Below are positions 59,104-64,000 of a stretch of 64,000 bases of DNA, one piece after another. Position 1 is the stretch's first letter, and each line of letters opens with the position of its first letter. The stretch is taken from NCBI GenBank assembly GCA_024641335.1, contig JAHEDG010000005.1, positions 27,779 through 91,778 on the forward strand. The letters are read 5' to 3'. This stretch comes from Candidatus Zixiibacteriota bacterium (GTDB lineage: Bacteria; Zixibacteria; MSB-5A5; UBA10806). A program made the position numbers and the translations under genes. A model generated the notes under the pieces. That model was not told the origin of the DNA, made no database searches, and saw nothing but the letters and a program-made list of their open reading frames with translations.

Positions 59104-59499
59104 TTAACCCAATACTGCGCTGTCAATTTTAGTGAATACTCCCTCTTTGATACCTTGAGTGTCGCAGGCAGTGATTACGGTTCTGTTCTTTACGGAAACT
59201 ACGAATGCTAATTCATCCAAAAGAACCAGCGATTCTTTCGAGCCTTTCTCCTGAGCGGCGTCTACCGCCTTTATCAACCGTATGGCTTTATCCTGCGTCA
59301 TCTCCACACCACGGTCGGCTAATCTTTCCGCCGCGTGCCCGGAAAACTTGATTCCACCCGGGCTGTCCAGAAAACGGTTTAGCTGGTTCTTGAATTCGAG
59401 CTTCGCCGATTTTTCAGCCTGCCCGGGCTTGCCGGCGTAATCCGCCGGCTTTATCTGACCGATGCCTGCGGCGTCGATCCCGTTACTTCTCATTATCAC
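59104..59499 (-). CDS. Flagellar operon protein, TIGR02530-like
   Basis: IKFSGHAAERLADRG, AQEKGSKESLVL, VVSVKNRTVITA, VFTKIDSAV; between flgD and flgE. Confidence 0.9.
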   Translation of the reverse strand: MIMRSNGIDAAGIGQIKPADYAGKPGQAEKSAKLEFKNQLNRFLDSPGGIKFSGHAAERLADRGVEMTQDKAIRLIKAVDAAQEKGSKESLVLLDELAFVVSVKNRTVITACDTQGIKEGVFTKIDSAVLG

Positions 59500-59539
59500 C
59501 TCCCCGTAAATTCGATTTTTCTGTTAATAACATATTGTT

Positions 59540-60265
59540 TTATGCTCCGCCTTCTTCTTCCGATTCATTCGAGTTTCCACCGCCGATATCGGCCATATTG
59601 ATCTGGATGATATCCGACATGGAAACACGTAAACCGCCTATCATCAGATAACCCTGGCCCCCTTCATACCTGACTGATTCGACAAGTCCGACTACTCGCG
59701 TTACCACATTGATATCGTCCCCCGCGCCGTTCCTGGCGCTGACTTCGAAGTAGTACTCCCCTTCGGCGACATTGCTTCCGTCCTCATTCCTGCCGTCCCA
59801 GCTTACCGAATTGTCTCCAGCCTCGAAATTCCGGGCGTTTATAGTCTTGATCAGCGCTCCATCGGAATTAAATACCTTTACTTCGACATCGGAAGCGGGC
59901 CCCCCGAGATCGAAATTCAAATCGCTGGATGATCCCGGCGTATGGTAGATTGTGTTGCCGTCAGCCACTACCTCTTTACCTATTATTGTGGTAGCCATAG
60001 TATTGGCGATTGTCTGACTCATCAGATAATCGAGCTCAGACGAATATCCCAATGACGTGTTGATACTGGATAGCTGTTCCAGCGACGAAAACTGCGCCAG
60101 CTGAGCGACAAAATCGCTGTCCTTCAACGGCTCCATGGGATCCTGGTAGCGCAGCTGGGTGACCAGGAGATTCAGAAAATCCTCTTTTCCCAAATTCGCG
60201 TTGCCTGTCTCGGATACGTTTTGATTCAAACCCGGTATATTGCCTATCGATGAAATGCTCGGCAT
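59540..60265 (-). CDS. flgD: Hook capping protein
   Basis: LGKEDFLNLLVTQLRYQDPMEP, AQLAQFSSLEQ, WDG.N..G...G.Y. Confidence 0.97.
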   Translation of the reverse strand: MPSISSIGNIPGLNQNVSETGNANLGKEDFLNLLVTQLRYQDPMEPLKDSDFVAQLAQFSSLEQLSSINTSLGYSSELDYLMSQTIANTMATTIIGKEVVADGNTIYHTPGSSSDLNFDLGGPASDVEVKVFNSDGALIKTINARNFEAGDNSVSWDGRNEDGSNVAEGEYYFEVSARNGAGDDINVVTRVVGLVESVRYEGGQGYLMIGGLRVSMSDIIQINMADIGGGNSNESEEEGGA

Positions 60266-60274
60266 AATATCCCC

Positions 60275-62035
60275 CTATGCTTTCATATCAATCCAGCCCC
60301 TGTGACTGGAATGTGTAGATCCTGATACGGCTTTTTGGTTCTTGCTGTCCATATTTTCCGGCTGATCGTTTTTCATTCGATCAGACCGCCGGCCCTGGTT
60401 CCATCTTCTGCCCTCGCCGAAAAAGTCGGGACGATGATGAGATCTCTGGCCGAGATCGGATAAATCGGCGTTCCTATCAATAATAATATTCAGATTTTCA
60501 ACCTTGAGCTTCTGATCCTCGAGCCCGGCTCGCAGCTTCGGCATTGACGAGGTCAAAATCTTTACCGCTTCGTCCTTTTCGACTTTGAATTCGGCGGAGA
60601 GAATTCCCTTCTTCCAGGTCATCTTGATTTCTAAATTGCCCAAATTCTCCGGATGAAGCTTCATCTTAACATGAGTCAATCCCCTGGCAATACCGGCCGT
60701 CATGCGGGCTTGAATCTCCTCAATATTTCGCTCGGCCTCGACTGGCGCGGCAGGCAATTCGAAGAATAGCTTCTCGGTCGACGCCCCTTTTACCGAATTC
60801 CCCATAACTATAGGTTCCGTTATCTGCCTAACAGCGGGCTCCCGCCCGAAAGATTCTGAAGCGCCGTTGGAACCGGAAGAGAAACCCGATAACCCGGAGG
60901 AATTATCCTGTTCCGAAGATCTAATTCTTCCGGTTCCGACGCTTTCGTTTTCGTTGAGCGCTTCTGATGACAGATCAGAAACTGTTATATCCTGCTTGAT
61001 ATTATATCCGTTGTTTCTCATATGATTGGGAAACTCGAAATTCATCGCTTTGCCCGATTCCATGGAACTTAACGTCCCGAACATAATCGGCGCTGGAATC
61101 GCCTTATCCCGGTTATTGCTGTCAGCCACGGTAAAATTTGTCTCGCCGTTCTTCAATTCCGGCCATGTTGACGGCAATTTTCCCGGCATATCGAATATTG
61201 CCATTTTTTGTCCGGGTATCATCAACTGGGAATTTGACCCGGGCTTATCAGCTGCTCTTGTCTTCCCAGCGGAAAAAACCAGCAGCCCCTCGATACCTTT
61301 GCCGTCTTTCATCCCCTCCGACTGAGATAATCTGCGAAGATCCATTTTGAAAGAGGGTTTGAAATCGCCTGCCGAATTCTCCAGGAGCCCGTCGAACCAG
61401 TCAGCGCTCTCACTTTCGGGTAAAATCGAGATCTCCAACTGAACCGGCTCCTGACGGTTCCTTATCAAATCCATCAGCTTGGAAAGATCGACTGTTTCAA
61501 CTCGTCCTTCCGAACCTGCTCCCTCCAACGATACCGGGATACTCTTTTCAACGAATGAAAACCGGTCGTCAATCAGGTCCGAAGGATTGAATTTCAGATT
61601 ATAGACTTCTTTATTCGATACGCTCTCAAATGAATATCCATCTTGACCAATCCCGAACAACGTACCCGGATTCTCCGAAATACCGCCTGCTGCCTCTTGA
61701 TTATAGCCTGCCAACGGATTCATCGCCTTCAAGCCTGGTGATAGATCTAAAAGGGACAGGGCTTCTTCACCCGATATCTCCAGGGTTATCTGGTTGTCGC
61801 ATTTGCTCAACAACAGCTTGACCGTATCCATATCCAGGGTTATCGGTTCCACCGATTCAAGTCCGTTGCTCTTCTTTTGCGGAGCGGCTGTATTGCCGAA
61901 AGAGTTCAGAATCGAATGAAAATCGAAAACGCCGGATGGCGATTCGGTTGATTTCCCCGCCGTCGGCTTTTGTCCCCGAGCCTCGTTAACCAGGAATCCG
62001 GCCAATTGATCGATGTTATTAAACAAAAATCCCAT
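60275..62035 (-). CDS. fliK: Hook-length control protein
   Basis: Long low-complexity N-terminus; C-terminal MKLHPENLGNLEI...L...L..Q.L; upstream of flgD. Confidence 0.9.
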   Translation of the reverse strand: MGFLFNNIDQLAGFLVNEARGQKPTAGKSTESPSGVFDFHSILNSFGNTAAPQKKSNGLESVEPITLDMDTVKLLLSKCDNQITLEISGEEALSLLDLSPGLKAMNPLAGYNQEAAGGISENPGTLFGIGQDGYSFESVSNKEVYNLKFNPSDLIDDRFSFVEKSIPVSLEGAGSEGRVETVDLSKLMDLIRNRQEPVQLEISILPESESADWFDGLLENSAGDFKPSFKMDLRRLSQSEGMKDGKGIEGLLVFSAGKTRAADKPGSNSQLMIPGQKMAIFDMPGKLPSTWPELKNGETNFTVADSNNRDKAIPAPIMFGTLSSMESGKAMNFEFPNHMRNNGYNIKQDITVSDLSSEALNENESVGTGRIRSSEQDNSSGLSGFSSGSNGASESFGREPAVRQITEPIVMGNSVKGASTEKLFFELPAAPVEAERNIEEIQARMTAGIARGLTHVKMKLHPENLGNLEIKMTWKKGILSAEFKVEKDEAVKILTSSMPKLRAGLEDQKLKVENLNIIIDRNADLSDLGQRSHHRPDFFGEGRRWNQGRRSDRMKNDQPENMDSKNQKAVSGSTHSSHRGWIDMKA

Positions 62036-62557
62036 CTATTTCTTTCCCAACAATTTGGATGAAATCCTGGCCGATCTGTCGGGAGGCAGCATCTCTAAAA
62101 TTCTGCTGGCCTGCTGGTTCTTCATTTTCGGTAAAATGGCGATCACCAGAGTATCATCCATATCATTGATTACACTCGCTAATTGGGTCGGATCCATATC
62201 GTTGTAGATTTTGGCCAGCTTGTAAAGCCTGTCGCTGCTCGATTTTTCCCAGGTTTCCATCATTTGAGCCAATTCCAGTTTCTGCTGGTCCAGTTCCGCT
62301 TTTTCAGTCCTGATATTGGCAAGTTCCTGTTTTAAGGAGTCTTCCTGTGCCGAATAAAGCCCTGTTATTTCGGCGTTTATCGAGTCGGCGGCGGCAATTG
62401 TCTTTTTGTATTCCTCCAATGGATTATATTCCAGTTCGCCGGTCATGAGCAAAGACACAGTATTGTGCGGCTCGAGACCTAACGCCATAGCGAACACCAG
62501 AGTGTAGGCAGCGAAGCCGATGATTGTCGTAATTAAAAACGCTACTGCTTTAAGCAT
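62036..62557 (-). CDS. MotE/YlxF/FlbB-like flagellar protein (TM helix, coiled coil, MgtE_N-like)
   Basis: KLAKIYNDMDP..LA...MDD...IL.KM...ASRILEMLPP. Start set at MLKAVAF because the longer ORF start overlaps the sigma54 promoter. Confidence 0.8.
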   Translation of the reverse strand: MLKAVAFLITTIIGFAAYTLVFAMALGLEPHNTVSLLMTGELEYNPLEEYKKTIAAADSINAEITGLYSAQEDSLKQELANIRTEKAELDQQKLELAQMMETWEKSSSDRLYKLAKIYNDMDPTQLASVINDMDDTLVIAILPKMKNQQASRILEMLPPDRSARISSKLLGKK

Positions 62558-62584
62558 AAATCGATATTCTCCCGCCTGTGATAA

Positions 62585-62600
62585 AGCAACACCCATGCCC
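62585..62600 (-). promoter_or_regulatory. Sigma54 promoter of the fliK-flgD-flgE-fliL..Q operon
   Basis: GGGCATGGGTGTTGCT (GG-N10-GC); perfect IHF consensus AATCAAGGCATTA at 62628-62640. Confidence 0.82.
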
Positions 62601-62884
62601 GCCATCTCAAGATACGAAATAAAATGATAATGCCTTGATTCACAGAAGTTTAAGAAGCCCGAAATAGTTCGCCTTCGATCACCGTTCCGCGGCTATCAGG
62701 CAATTTTTTCATTCGATATGGTATTTTTTTCCGCTTCAAAGCTTGATTTTTCGCTTTGTTAGGGCAATAATATGTTTATGTCCTTCTCGATTGATGTGCG
62801 ATAAATGCCATCCGGGGATAATTGGATTAAAAGGGAGCTTTCTGCAAATAAGGATTATCATTCCATAAACTCTAAGGAGATGTT

Positions 62885-64000
62885 ATGATCAGACTAATTC
62901 TCAGCAGCGTTCTTCTCTTTAATATCTCTATCTCATGGTCGCCTGTCAATGCGGCCACTATTGTATCCCCTCTTGATAAAATCATCGAAGAAAGCGGCCC
63001 GGACGACCTGATAGGGGTTATAGCGGTACTTGAGGATAAAGTCGATAACGTCCTACTAAACCAGCGCTTAAAAACCGATAAAGCTACTCTTGCGGAAAGA
63101 CATTACATTGTCGTTTCATCCCTGATGAACAAAGCGGTTCAAACCCAGGGACCGATCCTGGAGCTTCTCGACCAACTGGAATCGCAGGGCAAAATCGAGA
63201 GGATCAGGCCGTTCTGGATCTCCAATCTGATCGCCTTCAAGGGCACAAAAGAAGCCATATTATCGGTCGCCCGGCTGGAGCAGATCGAGAAGATATTATT
63301 CGATATGCCGGTTGAATCGGTCAAACCGATTATCTCTGATAAAACACTCCCGATGATTACAAGCAGATCGCAGGGATTGGATGTCATTAACGCCCCCCAG
63401 GTCTGGGCTATGGGATATACGGGCGCCGGACGAATTGTCTCTAATATCGATACCGGAGTCGACGGCGCCCATCCGGCTCTTTCCGCACGCTGGAGAGGCA
63501 ACAACGGCCACCCCCAGGCCGAATGCTGGTTCGATCCGATTGACGGGAATTCCACGCCCCATGATCACGGTCAGCACGGAACTCATACCATGGGTACCAT
63601 CTGCGGACGAAGCTCGACCACCTATGATACGATCGGTGTGGCTATTGAGGCCCAATGGATCGGATGCGCCTCCATCGATCCCGGCTCCACGTCCGATGTA
63701 ATCGCGTCGTTTCAGTTCATCGCTGATCCGGACGGCAATCCCAGTACCACCGACGATGTCCCCGACGCCGTCGGCAATTCCTGGGGCTGGTCACCTTTCT
63801 TCCACGGTGTACCTCATTGCGATAATACATTCTGGGCGGTTATGGACGGCTGCGAGAATGCCGGAGTAGCGGTAATCTTCTCCGCCGGAAACGAAGGCAG
63901 CTACGGCGCTAATTCGCTGCGGACTCCCGCCGACCGCGCTACCACATATTTCAACGCTTTTTCGGTCGGGGCCATAGACGGCCATAATCCGTCTTACCCT
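62885..64000 (+). CDS. Secreted S8 subtilase, bacillopeptidase F-like (3' end runs off the window; missing from the ORF track)
   Basis: SD AAGGAG then ATG at 62885; signal peptide, propeptide, catalytic Asp (NIDTGVD), His (HGTHTMGT), NSWG, oxyanion AGNEG. Confidence 0.92.
   Translation, partial: MIRLILSSVLLFNISISWSPVNAATIVSPLDKIIEESGPDDLIGVIAVLEDKVDNVLLNQRLKTDKATLAERHYIVVSSLMNKAVQTQGPILELLDQLESQGKIERIRPFWISNLIAFKGTKEAILSVARLEQIEKILFDMPVESVKPIISDKTLPMITSRSQGLDVINAPQVWAMGYTGAGRIVSNIDTGVDGAHPALSARWRGNNGHPQAECWFDPIDGNSTPHDHGQHGTHTMGTICGRSSTTYDTIGVAIEAQWIGCASIDPGSTSDVIASFQFIADPDGNPSTTDDVPDAVGNSWGWSPFFHGVPHCDNTFWAVMDGCENAGVAVIFSAGNEGSYGANSLRTPADRATTYFNAFSVGAIDGHNPSYP

Noticed and set aside
63139..63985. 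Several short ORFs listed at the window end
   Set aside because: They overlap the S8 protease frame, which the track missed because it has no stop inside the window.

Overview
Bacterial chromosomal window of about 50% GC (by eye) from a diderm organism: it carries L- and P-ring genes and Firmicute/deltaproteobacterial-type accessory genes, but the lineage cannot be fixed from the sequence alone. Almost everything is on the minus strand. 1-12.6 kb is housekeeping: tRNA-Val, thrS-infC-rpmI-rplT-pheST, a ZapB-like gene, zapA, rny, ymdB, folD, xseA and a MerR-family regulator. 12.6-62.6 kb is one ~50 kb flagellar supercluster. In transcription order it runs: MotE/YlxF-like, fliK, flgD, TIGR02530-like, flgE, fliLMNOPQ, fliR, flhBAF, flhG, fliA, an inserted signalling cassette, flgFGAHIJN, flgK, csrA, flgL, fliW, a six-gene glycosylation island, fliC, fliD, fliS, fliT-like, flgM-like, HDOD. 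A secreted S8 protease starts on the plus strand at 62885. Much of the regulation can be read directly: three sigma54 promoters each with an IHF-like site and a shared upstream tandem motif, four sigma28 promoters, and CsrA hairpins on the fliC and csrA leaders. The best candidates for something undescribed are (i) a DUF2225/PilZ cassette full of catalytically degenerate two-component proteins plus a stand-alone degenerate chemoreceptor hairpin, (ii) a structured RNA between the TIGR02530-like gene and flgE, (iii) a GGA-dense element just downstream of csrA, (iv) an ArnA/ArnB-like amino-sugar pathway next to the flagellin, and (v) a degenerate FlhF/FlhG pair. No CRISPR, rRNA or mobile element was seen. 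All family assignments come from motif recognition by eye, with no database searches.
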